Of a DNA stretch of 64,000 nt, positions 8,509 to 17,365 are shown one piece after another. Within the stretch, counting starts at the first letter, position 1, and the number at the start of each line of letters is the position of its first letter. The stretch is from positions 1 to 64,000 of the IMG/VR virus record IMGVR_UViG_3300006028_000011. One strand, given 5' to 3'. The stretch comes from a virus. Both the position numbers and the translations under genes were made by a program. Below the pieces are notes generated by a model. The model was not told the origin of the DNA. It worked only from the letters and a program-made list of their open reading frames with translations, and searched no databases.

Positions 8509-10659
8509 CTACGCCACGTCCTCGTTGATCTCGCGCGCCTTCGCGAGCGCCTCCCGCTGCTCGTCCAGCACGCGGTCGACGTCGCGCTCCAGGATCGCCA
8601 GCGTGCGGCTCTTGATCGCCTCGGAGAGCATCAGCACCGACGAGCGGTCCACGGCCCCTCGGGGCTGCACGTAGTCGTCGTAGGGATCATCCTCGGCGAT
8701 CACGAGGTTGCGCCGGACATGCGTCTGTGGGTGGACGTCGCGCGGCATCCCGGCCGCCCGGGCGGACAGGTGCGTGGCGTGGCTGGCGGCGTGCGGATGC
8801 ACATGCGTGTTCCCGCCGGCGTGCGCGTGGGGGTGGGAGTGCACGAGGGTGCCGTGGGCGTGCGCGTGGGCGTGGGCGCCTGCGACCGGGCCATGGACCT
8901 TGGGCTTCGGCTTGACCGTCACCTTCGCCTTCGCGCGGGCCGCGCTCTTGGCGGCGCCCTTCCGCCGGCGGGCGGCCAGGGCGGCGGCGCGCGCCGCGGG
9001 GCCCCAACCCTGGAGGATCTCGCCCTCCGCCGTCACCTCGTGCTCCTGCTCTCGGCCCTGGTTGTCGTCCGTCTCGGGCGGGCCCTCCTCGTCGTCTTCC
9101 TCGGTTGGCTCCGCGGCCGGCGCGGACTCGTCGTCGCCCGGCTGGCCAGCGGCGGCGGCCGCCGCCTGGTTGGCCTCCTCCATCCGCTTCTGGATCTCCT
9201 CGATCTCCTCGTCGGTCATGTCGAAGCGGTGGCGCATGATCCACTCGGCGTCGATGGCGTGGAGCTCGGCGTAGAGGTTGTCGGCCTGGGCCCGGCTGAA
9301 CTCGGCGTCGGCGGCCGCCGCCTCGTCCGTCGCCGAGAGCATCGGCCAGGTGATCTCGTACTCGGCCTGCGTGGGGTCGATGCCCTGCAGGACCAGGGCG
9401 GTGTCGAAGACCTGCTCCAGGGCCTGTCCGATCTGCTGCTGGATGCGGCGCAGGAAGCGGACGTACTGGACGTCCTGCTGCGAGACGGTGGCCTTGGCGT
9501 TGACCTGCTCCTCCCACCCGAGGTGCGCCGGCGGGATGCGCAGGCAGCACAGCAACTTGCGGTGGAAGTAGGTCTTGATGTCGTCGATGTTGAAGACGGT
9601 CGACCCGGAGGGCTCCAGCAGGCTCACCGTGGACGCGTTCTCGGTGAACTTGCCCTCGGAGTCCTTCACCTTGGGGACGCCCATGTAGACGTCGCTGAGG
9701 ATCCAGTACGGCTGCTCGCGCCGGCCGTCGATGGCCTGGCGCTGGTTCATCGCCTGGTTGACCTCGCCAATCGCGACCTTTGCCTCGGCGGGGGAGAGGC
9801 CGGTGGTGTCGACCTTCACGAAGAGCTTCGGGTAGGCCCTGGTGAGGCGTGCGATGATCATCGCCTCCTCGATCGCCTTCAGCTTCTTCCAGATGATCCG
9901 CGCGACGCGCAGGTGGCTGCGCCCGTAGGGCCGGAAGCCGTCGTGGTTGTTGCGGATGTGGACGACCTGCCAGGGCCAGAACGCGGCCACCATCGCCTGC
10001 GTGTCCTCGGCGCGCTGCTCGAAGGCGCAGGTCCCGCCCGGGCTCGTGCACGCCCCGCTGTCCTGGTCGTACTCGGGCTTGCCCAGCTTCAGGTCGCCGC
10101 GGGCGTCCTGGTTGCGGAACATGGTCGACGGCGGGAGCTGGCGCAGTTCGGTGATCTGGCCCTCGGCGTTGACCACGATCTCGGCGAAGTTGTCGCCGTA
10201 CTTGATCAGGTTGCGGGCCAGGCTGTAGACGATGCGGTGGAGGCGGGCGTCGTTGACGACCTGGTCCAGCACGTCGGCGATCTTCTGGTCCTCCGAGGCG
10301 GCCTGGAACGTCATCTGCATGCCGTCCTCGGAGGTGGTCGCGTTGTCCGCGATCGTGTCGAGGGCGACGCTGATCTCCTCGGAGACCTCGTCCATCTCGT
10401 CCACGTCCTTGTAGACGGCGAGGCGGTCGCTCTGGCTCTTGAAGTACTGGTCGAAGACCGACTGCAGGGCCTGCACGGTGATGCCCGAGACCGTGCTCTG
10501 CTGCTGGGCAGGCTGGGGGCCCGTCTGCGGCTGGGCCCGGAAGATCAGGCCGGCGATGCGATCGATGAGGCGCGGGTTGCGCTTGGGGATCAGGAGCTCG
10601 GGGGAGACCTGGCCGCCCATGCCGCTGGTGTCGGGCGTCACGCCTCCGGGAATCGCCAC
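8509..10659 (-). CDS. Portal protein, T4 gp20-like, with acidic/basic/His-rich C-terminal extension
   Basis: RNLIKYGD, YGRSHLRVARIIWKKLKAIEEAMIIARLTRA and FVKVDT resemble the gp20 family; lies downstream of the terminase. Confidence 0.85.
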   Translation of the reverse strand: MAIPGGVTPDTSGMGGQVSPELLIPKRNPRLIDRIAGLIFRAQPQTGPQPAQQQSTVSGITVQALQSVFDQYFKSQSDRLAVYKDVDEMDEVSEEISVALDTIADNATTSEDGMQMTFQAASEDQKIADVLDQVVNDARLHRIVYSLARNLIKYGDNFAEIVVNAEGQITELRQLPPSTMFRNQDARGDLKLGKPEYDQDSGACTSPGGTCAFEQRAEDTQAMVAAFWPWQVVHIRNNHDGFRPYGRSHLRVARIIWKKLKAIEEAMIIARLTRAYPKLFVKVDTTGLSPAEAKVAIGEVNQAMNQRQAIDGRREQPYWILSDVYMGVPKVKDSEGKFTENASTVSLLEPSGSTVFNIDDIKTYFHRKLLCCLRIPPAHLGWEEQVNAKATVSQQDVQYVRFLRRIQQQIGQALEQVFDTALVLQGIDPTQAEYEITWPMLSATDEAAAADAEFSRAQADNLYAELHAIDAEWIMRHRFDMTDEEIEEIQKRMEEANQAAAAAAGQPGDDESAPAAEPTEEDDEEGPPETDDNQGREQEHEVTAEGEILQGWGPAARAAALAARRRKGAAKSAARAKAKVTVKPKPKVHGPVAGAHAHAHAHGTLVHSHPHAHAGGNTHVHPHAASHATHLSARAAGMPRDVHPQTHVRRNLVIAEDDPYDDYVQPRGAVDRSSVLMLSEAIKSRTLAILERDVDRVLDEQREALAKAREINEDVA

Positions 10660-10887
10660 CTACTCGACCTCCACGCCGAAGAGGCGCCGGAGCACGTCCG
10701 GGTCGTCGGCCGCGTACGGCTCGATGTTGCCGTGCTCGTCCGTGCGGCCGGCCAGCGTCCCGCTACTGACCTTGGCGACCTCCCCGGTTCCGTAGCGCAG
10801 GCTGGCGGTCAGCGTGACCGGCCAGGAGCGGGCGAGGTTGTCCACGGCGCCCGCCACCTTGCGGATGAAGGCGGCCGGCTCGCTCAC
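10660..10887 (-). CDS. Hypothetical protein
   Basis: GTGA-coupled small ORF (MSEPAAFIRK) whose TAG abuts the portal start. Confidence 0.55.
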   Translation of the reverse strand: MSEPAAFIRKVAGAVDNLARSWPVTLTASLRYGTGEVAKVSSGTLAGRTDEHGNIEPYAADDPDVLRRLFGVEVE

Positions 10888-11156
10888 AGCAGGCCTTGGC
10901 GGCCGCGGGCCCGGAGCACGCCCCGGGATGGCAGGCCGGACGGCTGGTGCGCCTCGACTCGCGGCTGCTGCGTCCGGGCGGCCGGGCAACCGGGGCAGTC
11001 GCAGGGCTGCGTCGCCAGGCAGGCAGCGTAGTTGCCGGCGGCGCACGGGCCGCAGCACATCCGCGCCGATGGAGCCGCGGCCTGGCGCTCCTGGAGCACG
11101 CGCTGGCGCGCCGTGTCGCGCACCACGGCGTGGCCCAGGATGTTGCGTCCGATCAT
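10884..11156 (-). CDS. Small Cys-rich hypothetical protein
   Basis: ATGA overlap with the TerL stop; CCGPC...C...CDCPGC. Confidence 0.5.
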   Translation of the reverse strand: MIGRNILGHAVVRDTARQRVLQERQAAAPSARMCCGPCAAGNYAACLATQPCDCPGCPAARTQQPRVEAHQPSGLPSRGVLRARGRQGLL

Positions 11157-12523
11157 CCGTAGCTCCTCTGGCCGGCGATCACGTTCGGGGCCTGCGGCAC
11201 CCACTCGCTCTCGCCGAGCATCAAATCGGTCAGCGCCCACACCAGCGCGTCGAGGCGGTCCGGGGAGGGGGCGTTGCTGTTCGGCTCCCAGCCGCAGAGC
11301 TGGTCCTCCAGCAACGGGAAGGCGCCGACATGGTGCACGCGGCCCTGCTCGTAGAGCGCGGCCACCGGCTCGGCCCGGGCCTGCTTGGCACGAGCAGCCC
11401 GGACGGTGCGGATCGGCGCGTTCTCGCGGACGGTGCGGATCGTGCTCGTGACCATCGCGCCGCCCTGATTGACCTCGGCCACGATCCGGTCGCCCTGGTA
11501 CTTGTCCAGCGCGTCGATGACGGCGACGCCCCAGACGTTCGGGCTGCCGCCGGCGGTGCAGTCGTCGAGGACATAGGCGTGGCGGTCGGCGCCGAGGCCG
11601 GCCACCACGATGCCCGTCTCGGCGGTGCCGCCCGACGGGTCGACCCCGACCACGATGCGGGCGAAGTCGGGGAGCTGGCTCTGGCGGACTCGGAGCGCCT
11701 CCAGCTGGCCGCGGGACCAGAGCGCGCCCTCGACATCCTCGATGATCTCGGCGTACAGCTCCTGACGACCGAGCCGGGTGCCCTCGTACCGCCGCCGCAG
11801 CTCCTCCAGCGCGGCGGGGGAGAGGTTGGCCGCGTTGTCGAACGTGCTGCCGCGGGTGACGTGGACCGAACCGTCACCGCGTCCGGCGAGCTCGCGGATC
11901 AGGGGCACCGGCTTCGGGGTGGTGGTGACGACCACGCGCGGCCGTTCGCCGACGCGGAGCGCCGGCATCAGGCCCTCGTCCCAGACCTCGCGGTATCGCC
12001 AGGCGGCCAACTCGTCGCACCAGGCGCCGGAGAGGTTCCGGCCGCGGACCCCGACGCGGGGCTCCTCGGCGCCATACAGGAACGCCTTGGCGCCGTTGGT
12101 GAGCGTGACCTCGTAGGTGTTCTTGTTGTAGCCGGCGAGGACGCCTGGGCTGAGCACGCGCAGGAGCCCGACCTTGCCCTCGACGCACACCGTGCGGGCG
12201 TCGGCCAGCTTCGGGGCGATGATGGCCCACTCGCTGTCGGGGGTCGCCTCCATCCACTCGGCCAGCCACTCGGCGCCGGTCCGCGTCTTCCCCCAGCCGC
12301 GGCCCGACAGGATCAGCCAAGCCGTCCAATCGCCGGGTGGAGGGAGTTGCTCGGGGCGGGCGTGGTCGGCACCGCAGACCGGGCAGTCGCGCTCGTGCCA
12401 GCCGTGGGCGTCGCCGAGCCTCCAGGAGCGGACCGCCGCCGCCGGCGCCAGCAGCGCCGCGGCGATCGCGAACGGGTCAGGCCGTGGAGCTGAGAACCTG
12501 GAGGTGGCGGGATGCGACGACAC
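11153..12523 (-). CDS. terL: Terminase large subunit
   Basis: Walker A GRGWGKT, Walker B WCDE, VTTTP, nuclease GVDP and SPDRLDALVWA. Confidence 0.95.
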   Translation of the reverse strand: MSSHPATSRFSAPRPDPFAIAAALLAPAAAVRSWRLGDAHGWHERDCPVCGADHARPEQLPPPGDWTAWLILSGRGWGKTRTGAEWLAEWMEATPDSEWAIIAPKLADARTVCVEGKVGLLRVLSPGVLAGYNKNTYEVTLTNGAKAFLYGAEEPRVGVRGRNLSGAWCDELAAWRYREVWDEGLMPALRVGERPRVVVTTTPKPVPLIRELAGRGDGSVHVTRGSTFDNAANLSPAALEELRRRYEGTRLGRQELYAEIIEDVEGALWSRGQLEALRVRQSQLPDFARIVVGVDPSGGTAETGIVVAGLGADRHAYVLDDCTAGGSPNVWGVAVIDALDKYQGDRIVAEVNQGGAMVTSTIRTVRENAPIRTVRAARAKQARAEPVAALYEQGRVHHVGAFPLLEDQLCGWEPNSNAPSPDRLDALVWALTDLMLGESEWVPQAPNVIAGQRSYG

Positions 12524-13133
12524 GGCCGACCTCCCGCTGGCGGCGGTCGAGCCCGAGCTCTGGGTCCTCCAGCATCCGGCGGATGACGTCGGCGATCAGC
12601 ACGCCCTGCCGCTCGGCCAGGCGGACGCGGCGCTCGTCGATGTCGGCGGCGATGGCCGCCTTGCACACGTCGACCAGGTGCTTGCGCTCGTCGCGGTACA
12701 GGACGACCCACACGTTCGGCGCAGCCTTCTGGGTCGTGTCGGTGCCCGGGAACTCGGAGGCGCCCTTCTCGACCTCCTCGGAGCGGCCCCAGACCAGCTC
12801 ATCGGGCGAGAGCGCCCGGACCTGCTGCTCCAGCCAGGCCACGTGGCCGGCAGTGCGGCAGACCTCCTCGAGGAGGGCGTCACCGGGGTCGATGTCGCGG
12901 GGGAGGCCGTACGTCGCGACGGCGGCGCGCGCCGCTTGCTCGGCGACTCGGCGGTCGGCGGCGGCGCGGACCTGCGGGGCCTGGCCGCCGTGCATCCGGC
13001 ACACCTCGCCGCCCCGAACGGCCTGCATCGTGCAGGGCTTGCCGTCCCGCCGATGTGCGATGCAGCGCAGGTGCAGCTCGCCGCACTCGCCGCATGGGGT
13101 GGTCCGGGCCGGGCCGCTGGCGTGGGGTGGCAC
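12477..13133 (-). CDS. terS: Terminase small subunit (HGG-motif type)
   Basis: C...C...CRMHGG motif; immediately upstream of TerL. Confidence 0.7.
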   Translation of the reverse strand: MPPHASGPARTTPCGECGELHLRCIAHRRDGKPCTMQAVRGGEVCRMHGGQAPQVRAAADRRVAEQAARAAVATYGLPRDIDPGDALLEEVCRTAGHVAWLEQQVRALSPDELVWGRSEEVEKGASEFPGTDTTQKAAPNVWVVLYRDERKHLVDVCKAAIAADIDERRVRLAERQGVLIADVIRRMLEDPELGLDRRQREVGRVVASRHLQVLSSTA

Positions 13134-13139
13134 AGTCGT

Positions 13140-14552
13140 TCAGCCGCCTCCCAGTCGGTTGGGGCCGCCGCCGTCCGTGCGGTTCCGGCCAAGGAGCCGG
13201 TTTGCCGCCATGCCCAGGAGTCGCGTGGGGCCCTTGACGGGGTGTCCTGGAATGCCGAAGAACCCACCCGCCAGGCGCAGTCGGGCTCTGGCCAGGTGTC
13301 GCAGCCGAACGACTAGATGCCCCTGCGCCAGGACCGTCCGGATCGGGTACGCGACGAGCCGGGCAACCGCGCGACCGACCGGGCCGCGGACCCGAGACTG
13401 CACCCGGCGGCGCTCCGGACGGACCGCTCGCTGGACAGCCGCCAGGCGCCGGCGGATCGCCGGCGCCGGCCGAAAGAACCCTGCGGCCCTGCGGATCGCA
13501 GATCGGACGCGCCGTCGCTCGGGTCGCATCGCCCGCTCGGTCGCCTGCAGGACGACGCGGAGCGGATACGGGTACGGCCGGCTGAGCGCCCGGCCGACCT
13601 GGCGCGCAAGGCGGTTGCGGACGACGCGGCGTCGCGCACCAGCTGCCCTGGCGACCGCCGCCAGCGTCCGGCGGACCGGCCGCGGGAAGATGATCGCGGC
13701 GAGGGTGCCGAACCGCCCACGGAGCCGGCTCCGCGGGTACGTGCGCTGCCGCAGCGCAGCGCGGCGGCCGGCCTGCGTCCGGTAGACGGCGAGCGGCGCC
13801 GGCGTCGGGCGGGGAAGGGCGCGGCCGACCTGGCGGCCCAGTCGGAGGCGGCGCGGACGGCGGCGCTCCGTCGCCATCCGAGCCACCGCCTGCAGGGCGC
13901 GGCGGATGGCGCGCGGGTAGATGACGACCAGCGCGGAGCCGAACGGCCGGATCCGCCGGGGATGCGCCATCCGCCGGTCTTGGCGGATCGCGCGCTTCAC
14001 GGCCAGCGCGATGCGGACGGGGTAGGCGACGAGCCGCGCTACCGCCCGGCCGATCGGGGCTTCCAGCCGGGACCGAACCCTGCGCCGCTGCGGCTGCGCT
14101 GCGCGGCGCGGCGCGGTGAGCGTGACGTGGACGAAGGCGACGAACCGAGCGATTGCCCGCCCCACCGGATGATGTAGGAACGAGGCGACCATGCGCCGAC
14201 GCTGGGCCGCTCGTCGGTTGGCCTGCTGTTGGTACGTCCTGATCGGGTAGGCGTACGTCCTGGCGACGGCCCTGCCGACCGGCTTCGCGACCCGAGAGCG
14301 GACCCGACGCCGCTGCGGCATCATGGCGCGCTCGGTCGCCTGCAGGAGGCTCAGGAGCGGGCGCGGATGAGCCCGAGCGACGGCCCTGCCGACCGGCGCC
14401 CGAAGGCGGGTGCGCGTGACGCGCTGCCGACGCTCCTGGGCCCGCTCGTCGGCGCGCAGATACACCTGGATCGGCCGGGCGTAGGTCCGCGCGATCGCCC
14501 GACCGACTGGACGCCCGAGGTGGCTGCTGGGCTGGCGCCGGCCTCCGGGCAT
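13140..14552 (-). CDS. Extremely Arg-rich repeat protein
   Basis: About 10 copies of a PVGRAVAR-xxx-YP-xR-like unit at roughly 38-aa spacing; almost no acidic residues. Confidence 0.6.
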   Translation of the reverse strand: MPGGRRQPSSHLGRPVGRAIARTYARPIQVYLRADERAQERRQRVTRTRLRAPVGRAVARAHPRPLLSLLQATERAMMPQRRRVRSRVAKPVGRAVARTYAYPIRTYQQQANRRAAQRRRMVASFLHHPVGRAIARFVAFVHVTLTAPRRAAQPQRRRVRSRLEAPIGRAVARLVAYPVRIALAVKRAIRQDRRMAHPRRIRPFGSALVVIYPRAIRRALQAVARMATERRRPRRLRLGRQVGRALPRPTPAPLAVYRTQAGRRAALRQRTYPRSRLRGRFGTLAAIIFPRPVRRTLAAVARAAGARRRVVRNRLARQVGRALSRPYPYPLRVVLQATERAMRPERRRVRSAIRRAAGFFRPAPAIRRRLAAVQRAVRPERRRVQSRVRGPVGRAVARLVAYPIRTVLAQGHLVVRLRHLARARLRLAGGFFGIPGHPVKGPTRLLGMAANRLLGRNRTDGGGPNRLGGG

Positions 14553-14555
14553 GAG

Positions 14556-14810
14556 CTACCTCGGGGAGAGCTGTCGGGGATTCAGCACGCGAGCCGTGTT
14601 GGCGCGGCCTGCCCAGCCGCAGGGGCACTCAGCGCGGAGGACCAGGTGGTCGCCGGGCGGGAGGTTGCGGTCCGCCGAGATGCCCAGGGTGGTCACGGCG
14701 TTGTCCTCGGCCCAGAAGGTCTGCAGGCCGGTGCCGCAGTGCGGACACCACGCCGCTGGAGTCGCTAGAGCGGGCCGGCCGAGCAGCCACGAGAGGAGGC
14801 GACCGAGCAC
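14556..14810 (-). CDS. Small Zn-ribbon protein
   Basis: CPHCG...CPCG. Confidence 0.5.
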   Translation of the reverse strand: MLGRLLSWLLGRPALATPAAWCPHCGTGLQTFWAEDNAVTTLGISADRNLPPGDHLVLRAECPCGWAGRANTARVLNPRQLSPR

Positions 14811-14811
14811 C

Positions 14812-15270
14812 TCACTCTTCCCATTCCATCGTGCAGGTGGCGTTGACCGCCTGGGCGGCGAGGGCGCGCACGGCCAGGATGTTGGTGTTGGACCCCGCGC
14901 CGACCTGGAATGGCTCCTCGCCGAGCGGGTACTGGATCAGGATGCCCGAGGTGGGGGGGACTCGGTGGTACTCGAGCACCGTCACCGTGCCGTTCTCGGT
15001 GGTGACCGCGGTCACCGAGGTGGCCGCCGCCGCCGGCTGATACGCCTTCATCGAGTTGACCGTGCCGGCGCCGCCGCCGGAGGACGCCGTCCCGGTGCCC
15101 TGGATCAGCTCCACGCGGACCGGCGTGTTGGAGGCCGTGACGCCGTCGAACTCGATGTTCCACTGCTTCAGGATCATGAAGCGGCTGGCGATCTGGCGGA
15201 CCTCCACCACCGAGTGGATCGCGGACGTGCTGACCGCCGAGGCGTCGATGCCGGTGCTGAACAGGGACAT
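14812..15270 (-). CDS. Putative virion structural protein
   Basis: Thr/Gly/Val-rich beta-type composition; AAGGAG RBS upstream; late-operon context. Confidence 0.55.
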   Translation of the reverse strand: MSLFSTGIDASAVSTSAIHSVVEVRQIASRFMILKQWNIEFDGVTASNTPVRVELIQGTGTASSGGGAGTVNSMKAYQPAAAATSVTAVTTENGTVTVLEYHRVPPTSGILIQYPLGEEPFQVGAGSNTNILAVRALAAQAVNATCTMEWEE

Positions 15271-15298
15271 GGGCGCAAGCTCTCCTTACGATTTCTCG

Positions 15299-15574
15299 AT
15301 GCCCCTGAATCAGGGCCTGACGGAAGCGCAGGTCGCCGAACGCGTCAACCGGCTCACATGCCCGATGTGCGGGACGCCCCTGCGGGTGCTGCTGCGTCGC
15401 GAGTGGGCCACGTGCTCGTGCTGCGGCGTGGACTACGCCAAGGCGCTCAACGACCAGGGCGCGGAGTGGGTGGTCAGCCGGTACGTGCCGGACGGGCATC
15501 CGAGCTGCCCGCACTACCTGGCAGCGCGTCCGCGGCTGCGGGCGCAGTCGGCGACGCCCTACCGCGGGTTGTAG
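15299..15574 (+). CDS. Small Zn-ribbon protein in the opposite orientation to the late operon
   Basis: MPLNQG...CPMCG...CSCCG; fills the gap between two minus-strand genes. Confidence 0.5.
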   Translation: MPLNQGLTEAQVAERVNRLTCPMCGTPLRVLLRREWATCSCCGVDYAKALNDQGAEWVVSRYVPDGHPSCPHYLAARPRLRAQSATPYRGL

Positions 15575-16272
15575 CTGGCACGCCGGACGGCGTTCAGCGC
15601 GAGGAGTCGCCGGCGAGGAGCAGTGGCCACGGCCGCCGCGGAGTAGACCGCGATCACGTCGCGGCTGTTTGCGCTGCCGCCCGTCCAGCCTGGGCTGAAC
15701 GTCTGGCTACCCGAACCGATGAAGTCCGCCGCCTGGCCGGCGATGTTCCCGGCGGTCCCCTGGCTGAATCTCGTGGTGAAGACGCCCGAAATGGTCTGGG
15801 TTTCCGGGGTGCCGCCGTTGTCGTTGTGCACGCCCAGGTAGAAGCTGCCCGCCCCGGCTCCGGTGCCGGCCGAGAGCGAGGCCGACGTGACGCCGCTCAC
15901 CTCTGCGCTGTTCGTGCTCTGTGGGGCGCCGCTGGCGGCGCCCAGCAACGCCGTCGCCCCCATCTCGTTGAGGGTCATGTGGGTCCAGTTGACCGTTATC
16001 GCCAGGGAGCCGGCACTTGGGAGCGAGACGTTGTCGGCCCGGTAGATCCAGACCACACCGTTGTTGAGCGCATCGGTGATCGAGACGTCCACCACCCATG
16101 TCGCCGGCGAAGTGCCGTTGTCGGTGACGCTGGAAATGGTCGGCGGGCCGCCGCCGGAGAAGAACGCCCAGATGGCCAGGACGATCTTGTCCCCGGAGGA
16201 CGGGTTGGTGCCGAACGACGTCGACGAGGCGTTGTGCGCCTGGGTTGACCGCTGGTCGACCGTGATCGACAC
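15559..16272 (-). CDS. Putative virion structural/fibre protein
   Basis: Ser/Thr/Gly-rich, beta-strand-like 237 aa ORF. Confidence 0.55.
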   Translation of the reverse strand: MSITVDQRSTQAHNASSTSFGTNPSSGDKIVLAIWAFFSGGGPPTISSVTDNGTSPATWVVDVSITDALNNGVVWIYRADNVSLPSAGSLAITVNWTHMTLNEMGATALLGAASGAPQSTNSAEVSGVTSASLSAGTGAGAGSFYLGVHNDNGGTPETQTISGVFTTRFSQGTAGNIAGQAADFIGSGSQTFSPGWTGGSANSRDVIAVYSAAAVATAPRRRLLALNAVRRASYNPR

Positions 16273-16293
16273 GGTCGGTCCCTACGCCGCCGG

Positions 16294-16665
16294 CTACGGC
16301 CCGGGCGCCGGCGCGGGGTTCAGCGCCGCCGCGGCGTTGGCGGTCAGGGTCTTGATCGCCGCGTCGTGGGCGCCCACGAGCGCGGTCGCGGCCTGGATGG
16401 CGGCGACGTCGGCCGCCGTCAGCACGGTGCCGGTCTGGAGGTTCTTCAGGGCGGTGATCAGCGCGGAGCTCTGGGTCGCCAGCGCCTGCAGGTCGGTGTC
16501 CTCCGCGGTGGTGGCGGCGGTCAGGTCGGTGATGTCCTGGGACAAGGTGGCCTCCTTGGCGGCGAGGGTGGACTGGATCTGCGAGGTGGCGAGCACGGCG
16601 GCCGTGTTCCGGTCCAAGGCCGCAGTGGTCGCGCCAAGCGCGGCGACGAGCTGGTTGATGCTCAC
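16294..16665 (-). CDS. Ala/Thr-rich coiled-coil protein
   Basis: GTG 16665, MSINQLVAALG; heptad pattern. Confidence 0.55.
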   Translation of the reverse strand: MSINQLVAALGATTAALDRNTAAVLATSQIQSTLAAKEATLSQDITDLTAATTAEDTDLQALATQSSALITALKNLQTGTVLTAADVAAIQAATALVGAHDAAIKTLTANAAAALNPAPAPGP

Positions 16666-16826
16666 GCGATCCGGAGCCCGGCCTGGAGCAGCTGCGCCAG
16701 GAGCCAGCACGCCAGCAGCGCGCCGAGCAGGCCCCACTCGAGCGACCGGCGCAGCACGGCCACGATGGTCAGCGCGACCGCGAGCACCAGGCCGAGCAGC
16801 AGCAGGAAGGCCGTCAGCGTGATCAC
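16662..16826 (-). CDS. Small two-TM membrane protein (54 aa)
   Basis: Below the ORF-track cutoff; GAAGGAGGAG RBS; MITLTAFLLLLGLVLAVALTIVAVLRRSLEWGLLGALLACWLLAQLL. Confidence 0.6.
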   Translation of the reverse strand: MITLTAFLLLLGLVLAVALTIVAVLRRSLEWGLLGALLACWLLAQLLQAGLRIA

Positions 16827-16852
16827 AGGACTCCTCCTTCGCGGCTCGCCTG

Positions 16853-16881
16853 GCCCCGGATAACGTTCACTTATCCGGGGC
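16853..16881. other. Putative lox/dif-like recombination site (11-7-11 inverted repeat)
   Basis: GCCCCGGATAA-cgttcac-TTATCCGGGGC in the intergenic region upstream of the Cre-like recombinase operon. Confidence 0.65.
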
Positions 16882-17032
16882 GATGTTCGTCAAGTACGGG
16901 TTGATCCGGCTCGCGCGCACGTCACGCGCACGGTCCCACTTCTGGCTTACGGGAATTGATCTTCCCGAACGTCAGGAGTAGGATTAGGGGCATGAAGACT
17001 GGGACCCGAAACGAGATTCACGAGCGACCCCT

Positions 17033-17365
17033 ATGCCGCAGTACATCCTGAAGGCGGATCGGGACCGGGACCTGTACGTGGTTTGGTCCACCGTCGTCGA
17101 CAACGCCGTCTGGGCAGGGACTCGCGCGGAGCTGGAGGCCGAGCCGGACTACGACACCAGCGCCGACCGCATGGCGCGCGTCGAGGTGACCGGCACGTCA
17201 GCCCGCGACGGGACTGGCTCGTGGAGCGAGCCGACTCTCTGGGTCTGCAACCTGCCGGAACCCCTCTTGGAGCCGCGCCTCCTGCCGCGGGCGAGCCTCG
17301 CCGCCTTCGTCGCGGCCCAGGAGGACGAGCCCACCATCGCGGCATTGACGGTTCCGGCTCGGTGA
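17033..17365 (+). CDS. Hypothetical protein
   Basis: ORF coupled by GTGA to the recombinase gene. Confidence 0.6.
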   Translation: MPQYILKADRDRDLYVVWSTVVDNAVWAGTRAELEAEPDYDTSADRMARVEVTGTSARDGTGSWSEPTLWVCNLPEPLLEPRLLPRASLAAFVAAQEDEPTIAALTVPAR

